Part shown: positions 1-10,107 of the stretch, in pieces | Position numbering within the stretch: position 1 is the first letter of the stretch | How the letters are laid out: the number at the start of each line of letters is the position of its first letter | IMG/VR virus record: IMGVR_UViG_3300023184_000024 | Coordinates: 288,755 to 352,754 of that record | Direction: 5' to 3' (one strand) | DNA length: 64,000 nucleotides | Made by a program: the position numbers and the translations under genes | The notes under the pieces: model-generated | Told to the model about the DNA's origin: nothing | The model's database searches: none | Seen by the model: only the letters and a program-made list of their open reading frames with translations

Positions 1-966
1 ACTGATTTTGTAAACGGACAATGGCCAGCAGGATGCGAGCGTTGCCAAATTGAAGAATCTGTTGGAGTTAAAAGTAAGCGACAACTAGATTATGATAGGT
101 TTAAACACGAGTACGACAGCTACGATTTCAACAACAACCAACTGTTGACAGCAAGTATTGCCATTGGCAACGTTTGCAATCTCAAATGCATTATGTGTAA
201 TCCCTATGCCAGTAGCAAATGGCAAAAAGAGTACAACGACATTTACAATGTTAAAATACCTTCTATCGAACGTGTACGGCAAGATTTAATTGATACCTTG
301 GTTGAAATTGCACCTGGACTAATACACATTGATATTCACGGCGGCGAACCTTTTTTGTCCAACATTGATCAACATCATGCATTGTTGGACCACTACATTC
401 AATCAGGGCAAGCACACAACATCAGTATACATTACACCACAAACGGCAGCACTTGGCCAAGTCAGGAGTGCTTGGAAAAATGGCCCAACTTCAAAGAAAT
501 AGATCTACAACTCAGCATAGACGGAGTTGGTAAACGCTACGAGTACATCAGGTATCCTGCTGATTGGGCAACGTTGCAGAATAACGTTAAAAGATTTTTA
601 GAATATCAGACCAAAAATATAAATTTTAAGATCAGTGTGTCTTGCACAGTTAGTGCATATAATATTTTATACCTTGATGAATTAATTGGTTGGTGTCAAA
701 GTGTGGGATTGCCAACTCCGTGGATGGGCAAACTGCACAATCCAGAACCACTTCGTCCCACGGTATGGGCAGATCCTGCTCGCACCTATATCATTGACAG
801 CTTGAACAAAAGCCAGTATAATGAAGTAATTAAATGGGCCAATCTATTGGAAAGCACTGATGATAGTGCACTGTTTAATGAATTTAAAACAAGAACACAG
901 GTCCATGACCAATACAGAGGACTGTGTTTTACTTCTGTATTTCCCGAACTAGCCACCTATATATGA
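1..966 (+). CDS. Radical SAM protein with N-terminal Cys-containing (twitch/SPASM-like) region, 5'-truncated by the window edge
   Basis: Frame +1 is open from base 1 (..GCERCQIEE..). It has CxxxCxxC (CNLKCIMC), GGEP and TTNG motifs. Confidence 0.85.
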   Translation, partial: TDFVNGQWPAGCERCQIEESVGVKSKRQLDYDRFKHEYDSYDFNNNQLLTASIAIGNVCNLKCIMCNPYASSKWQKEYNDIYNVKIPSIERVRQDLIDTLVEIAPGLIHIDIHGGEPFLSNIDQHHALLDHYIQSGQAHNISIHYTTNGSTWPSQECLEKWPNFKEIDLQLSIDGVGKRYEYIRYPADWATLQNNVKRFLEYQTKNINFKISVSCTVSAYNILYLDELIGWCQSVGLPTPWMGKLHNPEPLRPTVWADPARTYIIDSLNKSQYNEVIKWANLLESTDDSALFNEFKTRTQVHDQYRGLCFTSVFPELATYI

Positions 967-2432
967 AACACTGCACTATTGTAATCAAAGACGAAGTGAA
1001 TGTCAAGCTCGAAGGGCTTGATTTAGACATGCGTCAAAGATTAACAAAACAATTCAAATACGAAATACCTTATGCTAGGTATTTGCCGGCAGTGAGACTT
1101 GGTCGGTGGGACGGCAAGATGGCCTACTTCCAACTTGGAGGCAGCACATTCACTAACTTGTTGCCTGAAATCATTCCCATACTTGATCAGTATAACTACA
1201 ATGTTGATCTAGATGATCAACGTGACTACTCGGTGTCTTTTGAGTTTGCACCAATCAAAGAAACTTCATTTGCACACAAGTGTTGGCCCAAAGGCCATCC
1301 ACAAGCTGGTGAACCAGTTATGATGCGTGACTACCAAGTTGAAATTGTCAACAACTACTTGAACAATCCGCAATGTATCCAGGAGGTGGCCACTGGCGCA
1401 GGCAAAACAGTTATGACTGCTGCCTTGAGTCACAGTATTGAACCGTATGGTCGAAGCATTATCATTGTACCAAATAAAAGTTTAGTAACACAAACAGAAA
1501 AAGATTATGTTAACTTGGGTCTGGATGTGGGGGTGTACTTTGGCGATAGAAAAGAATATGGCCGAACACACACTATCTGCACTTGGCAAAGTCTAAACAA
1601 CATGATGAAGAACACCAAGTCTGGTGAAGCAGAAGTCAGCATACAGGACTTTATTGAAGGGGTGATATGTGTCATTGTTGACGAAGTACACATGGCCAAG
1701 GCGGATGCGCTAAAAACTCTGTTAACAGGTGTAATGTCTAGAGTGCCAATCCGTTGGGGTTTAACAGGCACAATACCCAAAGAGAAATTTGAAAGCGTGA
1801 GTTTGTTGGTCAGCCTAGGACCAGTCATTAGCCGACTGGCTGCCAGTGAACTACAGGATCGCGGTGTACTAGCACAGTGTCATGTGAACATTGTGCAGTT
1901 GGTAGATCACGTGGAGTACAATGACTATCAAAGTGAGCTTAAATACTTGCTTGAAGAATCTGGCCGTTTAGACACAATGGCCAATCTCGTACAACAAGTT
2001 AATTTAACTGGCAATACGCTAGTACTAGTAGACCGCACCGAGTGTGGGCGCCAACTGGTAGAACGCCTGGGAGACAAATCAGTGTTTGTGTCCGGAGCAA
2101 CCAAGGCAAAAGACAGACAAGATGAATATGATCAGGTGGCGGACAGTGTTGATAAGATTATTGTGGCTACCTATGGTGTTGCCGCTGTGGGCATTAATAT
2201 CCCTAGGATTTTTAATTTGGTTCTTGTGGAACCCGGAAAAAGCTTTGTCCGCGTTATACAAAGCATTGGGCGTGGCATAAGAAAAGCCGAAGACAAGGAT
2301 CATGTTCAGATCTGGGACATAACAAGCACTTGTAAGTTTGCCAAACGTCACTTGACCAAACGCAAACAGTTCTACAAGGAAGCCAACTATCCTTTCACAC
2401 AAGAAAAGTTGGAATGGATGCGTATTAAATGA
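963..2432 (+). CDS. uvsW: SF2 DNA helicase, T4 UvsW-like
   Basis: Q motif RDYQ, Walker A ATGAGKT, DEVH, LTGT, QSIGRGIR. The ATG at 963 overlaps the upstream stop (ATGA). Confidence 0.85.
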   Translation: MKHCTIVIKDEVNVKLEGLDLDMRQRLTKQFKYEIPYARYLPAVRLGRWDGKMAYFQLGGSTFTNLLPEIIPILDQYNYNVDLDDQRDYSVSFEFAPIKETSFAHKCWPKGHPQAGEPVMMRDYQVEIVNNYLNNPQCIQEVATGAGKTVMTAALSHSIEPYGRSIIIVPNKSLVTQTEKDYVNLGLDVGVYFGDRKEYGRTHTICTWQSLNNMMKNTKSGEAEVSIQDFIEGVICVIVDEVHMAKADALKTLLTGVMSRVPIRWGLTGTIPKEKFESVSLLVSLGPVISRLAASELQDRGVLAQCHVNIVQLVDHVEYNDYQSELKYLLEESGRLDTMANLVQQVNLTGNTLVLVDRTECGRQLVERLGDKSVFVSGATKAKDRQDEYDQVADSVDKIIVATYGVAAVGINIPRIFNLVLVEPGKSFVRVIQSIGRGIRKAEDKDHVQIWDITSTCKFAKRHLTKRKQFYKEANYPFTQEKLEWMRIK

Positions 2433-2442
2433 CTGCCATAGG

Positions 2443-2471
2443 TTGACATTTCTAGATTATTAGTTTACAAT
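2443..2471 (+). promoter_or_regulatory. sigma70-type promoter
   Basis: TTGACA-N17-TACAAT, ending 7 nt before the ATG at 2478. Confidence 0.75.
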
Positions 2472-2477
2472 AAGATT

Positions 2478-2978
2478 ATGAGAATATTAACACTTGACAA
2501 CATTGCTTACGACTTAGATACACTTCCTGAGGAAGTTGATGATATGCGTTTTTCCATCCTTGACAATTCTGATCCTACCAATCCAGACTACCATTACATA
2601 CCGTTGATATTTTTGGAAAGCTTTAATGCACCTGCTTTGGTGTTACGCATTGGGGAAGAACAAATACGCATGCCGGTTGATTGGCAAATACTAATTGGCG
2701 AGCCCGAAGTGGGTGATTTAGAAATGTTGCCACTAACGTCAATCAATGATCGCGGCTTTAAAGCATTTCAATTTAATCCACTAAGTAGTTTCAGGCCCAG
2801 TTTTCCTGACATCGAGATTGTGGATGTGTATCACGAAGTGGCATGGTACGCACCTAAGTTAAAAAATGGACAAATACTTGCTGTGCCATTAAGCAATGAT
2901 CCCAAGCCAGAGTGTGTGTACTTTGTCAAAGACATTAGCCGTAACTGTGAGATAGTCGATTACAACAAAGCATGGTAA
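2478..2978 (+). CDS. Hypothetical protein, possible inactive Hint-fold domain
   Basis: Clean ORF with its own promoter. The beta-strand pattern resembles intein blocks A/B/F but the catalytic residues are absent. Confidence 0.5.
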   Translation: MRILTLDNIAYDLDTLPEEVDDMRFSILDNSDPTNPDYHYIPLIFLESFNAPALVLRIGEEQIRMPVDWQILIGEPEVGDLEMLPLTSINDRGFKAFQFNPLSSFRPSFPDIEIVDVYHEVAWYAPKLKNGQILAVPLSNDPKPECVYFVKDISRNCEIVDYNKAW

Positions 2979-3091
2979 CATGCCTTACACTGGACTGGAA
3001 ATTTTTGAAGTGATTGCTAGAATTTATTCGGAGAGTTATCCTGACAATCGAGAAGGACGCTAGCGGCATTGTTGCCGGGCATGTTTGTAGT

Positions 3092-3373
3092 ATGGCTCTT
3101 AAACCAGGCGTCACTTACATCTATGAACGAGCAGATGGCATAGTATATGCCAGAGAATTTGGCGCAAATCCAGATACACGTCAGGTTGTCGGGTATGCAA
3201 GAGATCATATTGTGTTCCCCAATGGTGTTGGAAACGGAACAGTATTTGGCACAGACATACACAAAGTCGGCGAAATGGTTCAAATTTTAGAAGCCGCAAA
3301 AACCAATCCTGCTTTACAAGATGCACTTGACCGTGCTATAATAATTTATAAACTAGCCAACAAAAATGAGTGA
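3092..3373 (+). CDS. Hypothetical protein
   Basis: ATG at 3092 (MALKPGVTYIYE..); the end overlaps the next gene start. Confidence 0.6.
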   Translation: MALKPGVTYIYERADGIVYAREFGANPDTRQVVGYARDHIVFPNGVGNGTVFGTDIHKVGEMVQILEAAKTNPALQDALDRAIIIYKLANKNE

Positions 3374-3815
3374 CAAACTAAGCATTGCCAATGAGATGAG
3401 AATGTTTGACCGAAAGGTTAGAACTTTCTATGATGATCTCACCGATGAAGAACGCAAAAAATTCAGTAACTATCTTATGATACGTTGGGGTTCCTGTGTT
3501 GATGGCAGCAGAGACATGCAAGAGTTTTATGTGATCTCTACTAATGAACGATTGAACAAACATTTTTTTAGTATTAATAAACATCCCAAGCTTCAATGGC
3601 TTTGCGCTACTTCGGTTAGTCCAGGACTAGGAAGTCAACACCACAACTGGATACCCAATAAGAAAAAAGAAGACGGCAGCAATGCTGTAAAAAAAGCCTT
3701 GATGGAGTTAATGCCAACTACAAAAATGTCTGATATAGAAACATTGTGTAAGCTTATCAGTAAAAAAGAACTAAGAGAACTACTCCGTGAGCACGGCGAC
3801 ACCCCCGACATCTGA
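3366..3815 (+). CDS. Clamp loader small subunit, T4 gp62-like
   Basis: EERKKFSNYLMIRWGS motif, size and replication-gene context. Confidence 0.55.
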   Translation: MSDKLSIANEMRMFDRKVRTFYDDLTDEERKKFSNYLMIRWGSCVDGSRDMQEFYVISTNERLNKHFFSINKHPKLQWLCATSVSPGLGSQHHNWIPNKKKEDGSNAVKKALMELMPTTKMSDIETLCKLISKKELRELLREHGDTPDI

Positions 3816-4485
3816 TTACACCTGCAAGTACTGCGAAAAATCTTTTAGTAGAGAAACCAGTCTGGCAGTGCATGTGTGCGAACAAAAACGGCGCCGCCAA
3901 GAAGAAAAAGAAACAGGAGTGCAACTGGGATTACAGTCTTATCTAAGATTCTACGATCTCACACAAGGGTCGTCAAAGTTTAAAACATTTGATGATTTTG
4001 CAAAGAGTCCATACTATCGAGCATTTGTAAAATTCGGCCGGCATGTACAAGCAATACGAGCAGTTAACCCAACAAGATTCATTGACTGGGTGATCAAAGA
4101 AAATAAAAAAATTGACCACTGGTGTAAAGAAACAGTGTATGCTGAATATCTTAATCAGTACATACGTGTAGAAAATGTAGCCGACGCACTTGAGCGTGCA
4201 ATCAAGCAAGGACTAGCCTGGCACGACGAAACAGGCAATCCACCACACGACTATTTGAGATTTGCCAACCCAAATTTGGTATGCTTTGCTATTACAACAG
4301 GTCGGATCAGTCCTTGGATAGTGTATAATTGTGATTCGGGCACACAGTTTTTAAATTCAATAAATCAAGATCACATAGGAATGATCTGGTCTATCATTGA
4401 CGCAGATTTTTGGAGTAAAAAATTCAAAGACTATCCAGCTGATACTGAATACGTTCGTGAAATAATGACCAAGGCTGGCTGGTAA
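3787..4485 (+). CDS. C2H2 zinc-finger-containing hypothetical protein
   Basis: N-terminal CKYCEKSFSRETSLAVHVC; the TAATG junction couples it to the next gene. Confidence 0.65.
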   Translation: MSTATPPTSDYTCKYCEKSFSRETSLAVHVCEQKRRRQEEKETGVQLGLQSYLRFYDLTQGSSKFKTFDDFAKSPYYRAFVKFGRHVQAIRAVNPTRFIDWVIKENKKIDHWCKETVYAEYLNQYIRVENVADALERAIKQGLAWHDETGNPPHDYLRFANPNLVCFAITTGRISPWIVYNCDSGTQFLNSINQDHIGMIWSIIDADFWSKKFKDYPADTEYVREIMTKAGW

Positions 4486-5054
4486 TGAGTGCAGATATCG
4501 ACATTGACATGCCGGATAGACAGGTGTTATTAAACTTGATTCGGCACACTCCTGCTCGGCAACAAGTAAACGGCACAACTAAAAAACACAACTCCGGGGT
4601 GTATGTTACAAAAATACCCTATGATCCTATTAACAACTGCGCTGCCATTGAATACCAGGAAGCAGAACAACGTGGGTATTTCAAAATTGATTTATTGAAT
4701 ATGAGTGTGTATCAGTTGATTCGCGACCCTGACCACTACGCCGATGTGTTACACAGTCCACCGCCGTGGAGTAGGTTATGGGAAGATTCTGAGTGGGCCA
4801 AGCAATTAGTACATGTGGGGAACTACTCTGAATTGCTTAAGTCAATGCGCCCAGATACCATTCCTAGAATGGCAGCGTTTATCAGTATTATCCGACCAGG
4901 CAAAGCACACTTACAAAATAAAGATTGGAAAGAAGTGTTTGATACTGTTTGGGACGGGGACTCAAGTCAGGGATTTGTGTTTAAAAAGAGTCATGCATTA
5001 AGCTATGCGCAGTTGGTTGCATTGCATATGAATTTAACTAGTCAACTTTCCTGA
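4485..5054 (+). CDS. Miniature DnaE (Pol III alpha, family C)-like nucleotidyltransferase
   Basis: ADIDID, HNSGV, FKIDLL, IRPG and FKKSHALSY match DnaE PDIDID, HAAGV, KFDFL, YRPG and FNKSHAAAY, in the same order. Confidence 0.75.
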   Translation: MSADIDIDMPDRQVLLNLIRHTPARQQVNGTTKKHNSGVYVTKIPYDPINNCAAIEYQEAEQRGYFKIDLLNMSVYQLIRDPDHYADVLHSPPPWSRLWEDSEWAKQLVHVGNYSELLKSMRPDTIPRMAAFISIIRPGKAHLQNKDWKEVFDTVWDGDSSQGFVFKKSHALSYAQLVALHMNLTSQLS

Positions 5055-5415
5055 CTAGTGTGATTGACTTACGCTTACTTTTGCGTTTTATAATGTCATT
5101 AAGACTACAAATAGGCCCGTGAAGTATTTCTAAATCTCGATTAGTAAACGTTCTAAGAGAACTACGAAATGGTTCCCAATCTGATTTTAAAAAGATGTTT
5201 ATTGGGATAGATCTATTGCTTTCCCACCACCAAACATTGGCTAGTTCGATGAACAAAGCCTTGAGTACTGGGTCTTGTATGTTACCAAAGTCGTAGATAG
5301 TGGTAATAGCATCGTCTCTATTCTGTATAATTCCCACATACTCTGTGCCGGCGTGAGTGCACAATGTTATAAACGGATATTTTTCGCTTAGTTTCTTAAA
5401 GATGTTGTCACCCAT
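5038..5415 (-). CDS. Hypothetical protein
   Basis: 125-aa ORF filling the gap, divergent from the 5436 gene. Confidence 0.65.
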   Translation of the reverse strand: MGDNIFKKLSEKYPFITLCTHAGTEYVGIIQNRDDAITTIYDFGNIQDPVLKALFIELANVWWWESNRSIPINIFLKSDWEPFRSSLRTFTNRDLEILHGPICSLNDIIKRKSKRKSITLVRKVD

Positions 5416-5435
5416 AAATATTACTGGAGATTCCT

Positions 5436-6221
5436 ATGTATTCAACCACTGCCTATTTATATCAACAAATTCAACAAGTTTTATTGATAGACACCAGTGG
5501 GTCTTATTTCAACGTGAGGTGGCAACCAGTGTATGCAAAAAACTTAAAACTCAACATTGGGGTAGATAATGTTATTCTATTCCAGTTCTTAAATCAGGAT
5601 CAGAAGCCAGTAAACATCACTGGTGCAACTTTTACTTTTCGGATTATCAGTCAGAATGGTGAGAACTTGCTGTATGCCAAAGAAATGGTCAGTCTAAGCA
5701 ATACTCTTGGGCGGGCAAAAGTAACTATACCTGCCAGTGATTCCGTTACTTTTCAACAACAGCCTGCTAGCTGGAGCATCGAAGTAAGTTCGGGTGTGCT
5801 CAATCAAGCCGTGTTCACTGACGACTATTCAGGCGCTAGGGGAGACATTGACATTGTCAACAGTGTGTTTCCAGCTTTTGTTGCAAGTCAAACATTGACA
5901 ATACCCAGTCAAGCACCTGAATCGGATACTTATTATTCAAGCACACTGACCACTAATGGCTCACGATTGACTACCATGCAAATTGATTCCTTGGACTTCA
6001 CTGGTAATTTAAGTGTACAAGGATCGTCTGATGCCACAGCAAACACAGTAGAGTGGTATAACGTAGATTTCCAAGACTTGGCCACGGGCAACACAGTCAG
6101 CGAGCTTGCTTTTACACACAGCACAGAAAAATTAGGCATTAATATTCAAGGTTACCATCCTTATATTAGATTGGAATTTGGCATCAACAACGGTAACATA
6201 GATCTTATCAAGTATCGATGA
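5436..6221 (+). CDS. Probable virion structural protein (beta-rich, baseplate/BppU-like N-terminus)
   Basis: TAAATA and GGAG upstream, PVNITGATFTFRI motif, Thr/Ser/Asn-rich composition. Confidence 0.45.
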   Translation: MYSTTAYLYQQIQQVLLIDTSGSYFNVRWQPVYAKNLKLNIGVDNVILFQFLNQDQKPVNITGATFTFRIISQNGENLLYAKEMVSLSNTLGRAKVTIPASDSVTFQQQPASWSIEVSSGVLNQAVFTDDYSGARGDIDIVNSVFPAFVASQTLTIPSQAPESDTYYSSTLTTNGSRLTTMQIDSLDFTGNLSVQGSSDATANTVEWYNVDFQDLATGNTVSELAFTHSTEKLGINIQGYHPYIRLEFGINNGNIDLIKYR

Positions 6222-6949
6222 AATTTAAAAAAATTGTGGGGTTCGGTGACAGTTGGATGTGGGGCGACGAGTTACTTGACCCAAAACTGCTCACACACGA
6301 GCGTGCACACCCAGTTCTAATAGAAAATGTTCCTTATCGTGAAAGCAATTGTTTTCTTGGACAATTGGGCACATACTACGGAGTACCAACAGAAAACTTT
6401 GGTATACCGGGCGGTAGTTTACAAAGTACCATCTGGACTTATCTATGGTGGCGCCAACACGAAACTGTGCCACTTGACCAGTGTGTTGTACTAGTAGGAC
6501 TAACTGATCCCAATAGACAAACATTTTACAATCCCAATCATGTGGCTTACTCTAACGACCCGCCGTGGAACCGATTTGTTCACAGTTCCTGGATTCACAG
6601 TGGTGGAACAACACCGGGAGATCCCTGGACACAAATGGTCAAGTCACACATGGTGTTGTCCGACTGCGATGCTGTGCACAAATTGAATTACCAACAAACT
6701 GTGCTGTTTTTTCAAGGACAGGCCCAATATGAAACCGGACCGTTGTTGCAATTTAACACCATGTTTGGTATATTAGACATGCCTTGCTCAACTCTGATTT
6801 GGCCAACCCAGTCATTGGATCATGTGGTACGATCGGAGCCGGGCAACGCCGACTTGTTTGCGCCAATGGGTCACCCAAATGAAAAAGGACATGCGGTTCT
6901 CCGAGATCGCTTGATTACTGAGATTGATCGTGCTATAATAGCACAATGA
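6218..6949 (+). CDS. SGNH/GDSL hydrolase-like protein
   Basis: N-terminal FGDSW, C-terminal GHPNEKGH. Confidence 0.6.
   Translation: MKFKKIVGFGDSWMWGDELLDPKLLTHERAHPVLIENVPYRESNCFLGQLGTYYGVPTENFGIPGGSLQSTIWTYLWWRQHETVPLDQCVVLVGLTDPNRQTFYNPNHVAYSNDPPWNRFVHSSWIHSGGTTPGDPWTQMVKSHMVLSDCDAVHKLNYQQTVLFFQGQAQYETGPLLQFNTMFGILDMPCSTLIWPTQSLDHVVRSEPGNADLFAPMGHPNEKGHAVLRDRLITEIDRAIIAQ
6911..6939 (+). promoter_or_regulatory. sigma70-type promoter for primase
   Basis: TTGATT-N17-TATAAT, ending 7 nt before the ATG at 6946. Confidence 0.6.
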
Positions 6950-7926
6950 TTGATCTGATCCAATACCTGCCAGCAAAACGTAAACAAACGCCATCAGGGT
7001 GGATCAGTTTCAACGCAGTTTGTTGCACCCATAATGGTAATAGTTTAGACAAGCGTCAACGTGGTGGCCTTAAGGCCACAGACCAGGGCTGGAGTTATCA
7101 TTGCTTTAATTGTGGGTACACCGCTAGTTTTATACTTGGTCGCCAGCTGTCACTTAAAGCCCGTAGACTCCTGACTTGGCTGGGCGTACCAGATGCGGAA
7201 ATTGATTATCTCAATTTAGAAAGCCTCAAGCATCGTAACATACACGGCATACTAGAAGATCGCAACAAAACATTCAACACTTTGGCAGCAATTGAGTTTG
7301 AAGAATGTGACTTGCCGCCCTATGCTGAACTGCTAACAGACGAAGGCGACTACAGAGACTATGTGCGTAGTCGACATGTGCCCAACGACTTTCCTGTCAT
7401 GGCACAGATGCAAAATGATGGTATCCATTGGACAAGGCCGCACGTAATAATTCCATTTACTCACAATGACCACATTGTGGGTTATACATGTAGATTTCTT
7501 GACAACAAAACGCCTAAGTACATTTCCAACAGTCAGCCTAACTATGTGTTTGGCACAGACCTGCAACACACTGATTGGGAACATGTACTGGTAATGGAAG
7601 GTATATTTGATGCGCTCTGCATTGGCGGCCTAGCAGTGATGCACAATGCCATCAGTGATGGGCAAGCAAGACTCATACGTAGTCTAGGTAGGCCAGTTAC
7701 TGTAGTGCCTGATCAAGACCGGGCAGGATTAGAGTTAATTGATCGTGCAGTGGAACTAGGCTGGGCAGTTAGTATCCCTGTGTGGCCCAGCCATATCAAA
7801 GACGTAAATGATGCTGTGATTGAATACGGTCGGTTGGGGGCCTTACTAACTATAATGCAGGCAAGGGAAACCAGTCGTATCAAGATTGAATTAAAAAGGA
7901 AGCACCTTGAAAAAAGAATACAATAA
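6946..7926 (+). CDS. DNA primase (T4 gp61-like; Zn ribbon plus TOPRIM)
   Basis: CC..HCFNC zinc-binding region, VMEGIFDA, PDQD and KDVND motifs. Confidence 0.9.
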   Translation: MIDLIQYLPAKRKQTPSGWISFNAVCCTHNGNSLDKRQRGGLKATDQGWSYHCFNCGYTASFILGRQLSLKARRLLTWLGVPDAEIDYLNLESLKHRNIHGILEDRNKTFNTLAAIEFEECDLPPYAELLTDEGDYRDYVRSRHVPNDFPVMAQMQNDGIHWTRPHVIIPFTHNDHIVGYTCRFLDNKTPKYISNSQPNYVFGTDLQHTDWEHVLVMEGIFDALCIGGLAVMHNAISDGQARLIRSLGRPVTVVPDQDRAGLELIDRAVELGWAVSIPVWPSHIKDVNDAVIEYGRLGALLTIMQARETSRIKIELKRKHLEKRIQ

Positions 7927-8632
7927 ACTTTGGGTGCTTGGCGACAGCTTTACAACACCGGGTTATTGTGTTGAACCAAAAGATAGCTTTTGGGGGCTAA
8001 CAGCACAACATTTAAACGTCAAGCAAATAATGAATTGTTCTTGGGTGGGCAATAGCTTTGGCAGTGTACAGCACATGCTAATCAATCAACAGTTGCAATT
8101 TAACTGGAAACATGATTTTTTAATAATTGGAATTCCGCCATTGGAAAGACTCACAGTGTTTGACAATTACAAAGATACCAGACACAATGGCCATTGCATT
8201 GACCCGGCAACATGGGATAACAGTTTGTTTCAAATTGATTGTCACACCGGGTTAGACATCATTCGCGGGCATGACGCACAAATCATGGTAATCCATCAGG
8301 ATCGCAGTTGGGTTGAAACACAGACTTTGAATTCTATATTTTTATTAACTTCTTGGTTAGACTCAGTGGATGCTAATTATGTAATAGTTAACTTGAGTAA
8401 GTCATTGAACGAACATTGTACGTGGAACCCCAATGCGTTTGTACTGCCGTATGTTGCAGAACATTCAAAATGTATTGTGTTTCGTGATACGTATTACGGA
8501 GTTAATTTTGAAAAAATTAAACCAGTGGATTTTGATCAGTATAGTTGGTCGGGGCATCACGGCCCAGCTGGGAATCAAAACTTTTTTGAGAATTCTCTAT
8601 TGCCCACATTAAAAAGGAATAAATTTTGTTAA
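7907..8632 (+). CDS. SGNH hydrolase-like protein
   Basis: VLGDSFT near the N-terminus, GHHG near the C-terminus. Confidence 0.5.
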   Translation: MKKEYNKLWVLGDSFTTPGYCVEPKDSFWGLTAQHLNVKQIMNCSWVGNSFGSVQHMLINQQLQFNWKHDFLIIGIPPLERLTVFDNYKDTRHNGHCIDPATWDNSLFQIDCHTGLDIIRGHDAQIMVIHQDRSWVETQTLNSIFLLTSWLDSVDANYVIVNLSKSLNEHCTWNPNAFVLPYVAEHSKCIVFRDTYYGVNFEKIKPVDFDQYSWSGHHGPAGNQNFFENSLLPTLKRNKFC

Positions 8633-10107
8633 AAGAATATGGACTTGATGTCCAACGTTTGTTTTTAGAAATGATGTTAGAAGATGCACAAAGTTATGTG
8701 CGTGTTCAGAACATCTACAACCCTGCAAATTTTGACAAGAGCCTTAGACCTGCTGCCGAATTTTTCAAAGAACACAGCGACAAACATAAAACATTGCCGG
8801 ACCGTAATCAAATCTCTGCCACAACCGGAATCAAACTTGCACCAGTTCCTGATTTAAATGATGGTCACTATGATTGGTTCATGGAAGAGTTTGAAGCTTT
8901 TACACGCAGGCAAGAACTTGAACGAGCAATTTTAAAAGCCGCTGATCTACTTGAAAAAGGAGAATTTGAGCCAGTTGAAAAGTTAATCAAAGATGCTGTA
9001 CAGATTAGTCTAACCAAGGACATGGGCACAGACTACTTTGCTGACCCTGCTGGCCGTATCAACAAATACTTCAACAGTGGCGGGCAAGTCAGCACAGGCT
9101 GGCCACAATTGGACAAATTATTGTATGGTGGATTCTCTCGTGGAGAGCTTAATATTTTTGCAGGCGGTTCGGGGTCAGGCAAAAGCTTGGTCATGATGAA
9201 CATTGCACTGAGTTGGTTGCAATCTGGCTTAAGTGGTGTATACATCACATTAGAATTGAGCGAAGAGTTGACTAGTTTGCGCACAGACGCAATGTTAACC
9301 AGTATGAGTACCAAAGAAATTCGCAGAGACATTGAAACCACAGAACTCAAAGTCAAATTGATTTCCAAGAAATCAGGGCAGTATCGCGTCAAGGGACTGC
9401 CAGCACAAAGTAATATCAATGATATTAGAAGTTACCTAAAAGAAGTACAAATACAAACAGGCATCAAAGTCGACTTTGTCATGGTTGACTACCTTGATTT
9501 GTTAATGCCAGTGAGCGCAAAAGTTAGTCCCAATGACTTGTTTGTCAAAGACAAGTATGTGAGTGAGGAATTGCGTAACCTGTCCAAAGAACTCGGAGTG
9601 CTACTAGTTACAGCAAGTCAGTTAAACCGTAGTGCAGTTGAGGAAATTGAATTTGACCATAGTCATATCAGCGGCGGCATTAGTAAAATTAACACTGCTG
9701 ATAATGTGTTTGGTATTCTTACCAGCAGACAAATGCGTGAGCGAGGCAAATATCAAATTCAGTGCATGAAGTCACGTAGCAGTACTGGGGTTGGCCAAAA
9801 AATTGATCTAGAGTACAACATTGAAACTATGCGTATCACAGACCCGGGCATAGATGAAAATGCATATAATAGACCACAGAGTTCAATTATGGACAGTATC
9901 AAGGCCAAGAGTCAGGCCAGACAGGCCGATGAACTTGAAGGCAACGCTTCAAAAAGTATCACATGGGAAAAACCAACGGGAACACCTGCCTGGGATTACA
10001 TGTCGGGCGGCAAAGAATTAAAGCCAGAGGTCGCAGGAAAAATTCCAGCCGAAGTACAAAGCGCCAAACTCAAACAATTATTAAGTCAAATTAAACCAAC
10101 AACTTGA
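8626..10107 (+). CDS. Replicative helicase, DnaB/T4 gp41-like
   Basis: GGSGSGKS Walker A, ITLELSE, VDYLDL, TASQLNR. Confidence 0.92.
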   Translation: MLKEYGLDVQRLFLEMMLEDAQSYVRVQNIYNPANFDKSLRPAAEFFKEHSDKHKTLPDRNQISATTGIKLAPVPDLNDGHYDWFMEEFEAFTRRQELERAILKAADLLEKGEFEPVEKLIKDAVQISLTKDMGTDYFADPAGRINKYFNSGGQVSTGWPQLDKLLYGGFSRGELNIFAGGSGSGKSLVMMNIALSWLQSGLSGVYITLELSEELTSLRTDAMLTSMSTKEIRRDIETTELKVKLISKKSGQYRVKGLPAQSNINDIRSYLKEVQIQTGIKVDFVMVDYLDLLMPVSAKVSPNDLFVKDKYVSEELRNLSKELGVLLVTASQLNRSAVEEIEFDHSHISGGISKINTADNVFGILTSRQMRERGKYQIQCMKSRSSTGVGQKIDLEYNIETMRITDPGIDENAYNRPQSSIMDSIKAKSQARQADELEGNASKSITWEKPTGTPAWDYMSGGKELKPEVAGKIPAEVQSAKLKQLLSQIKPTT

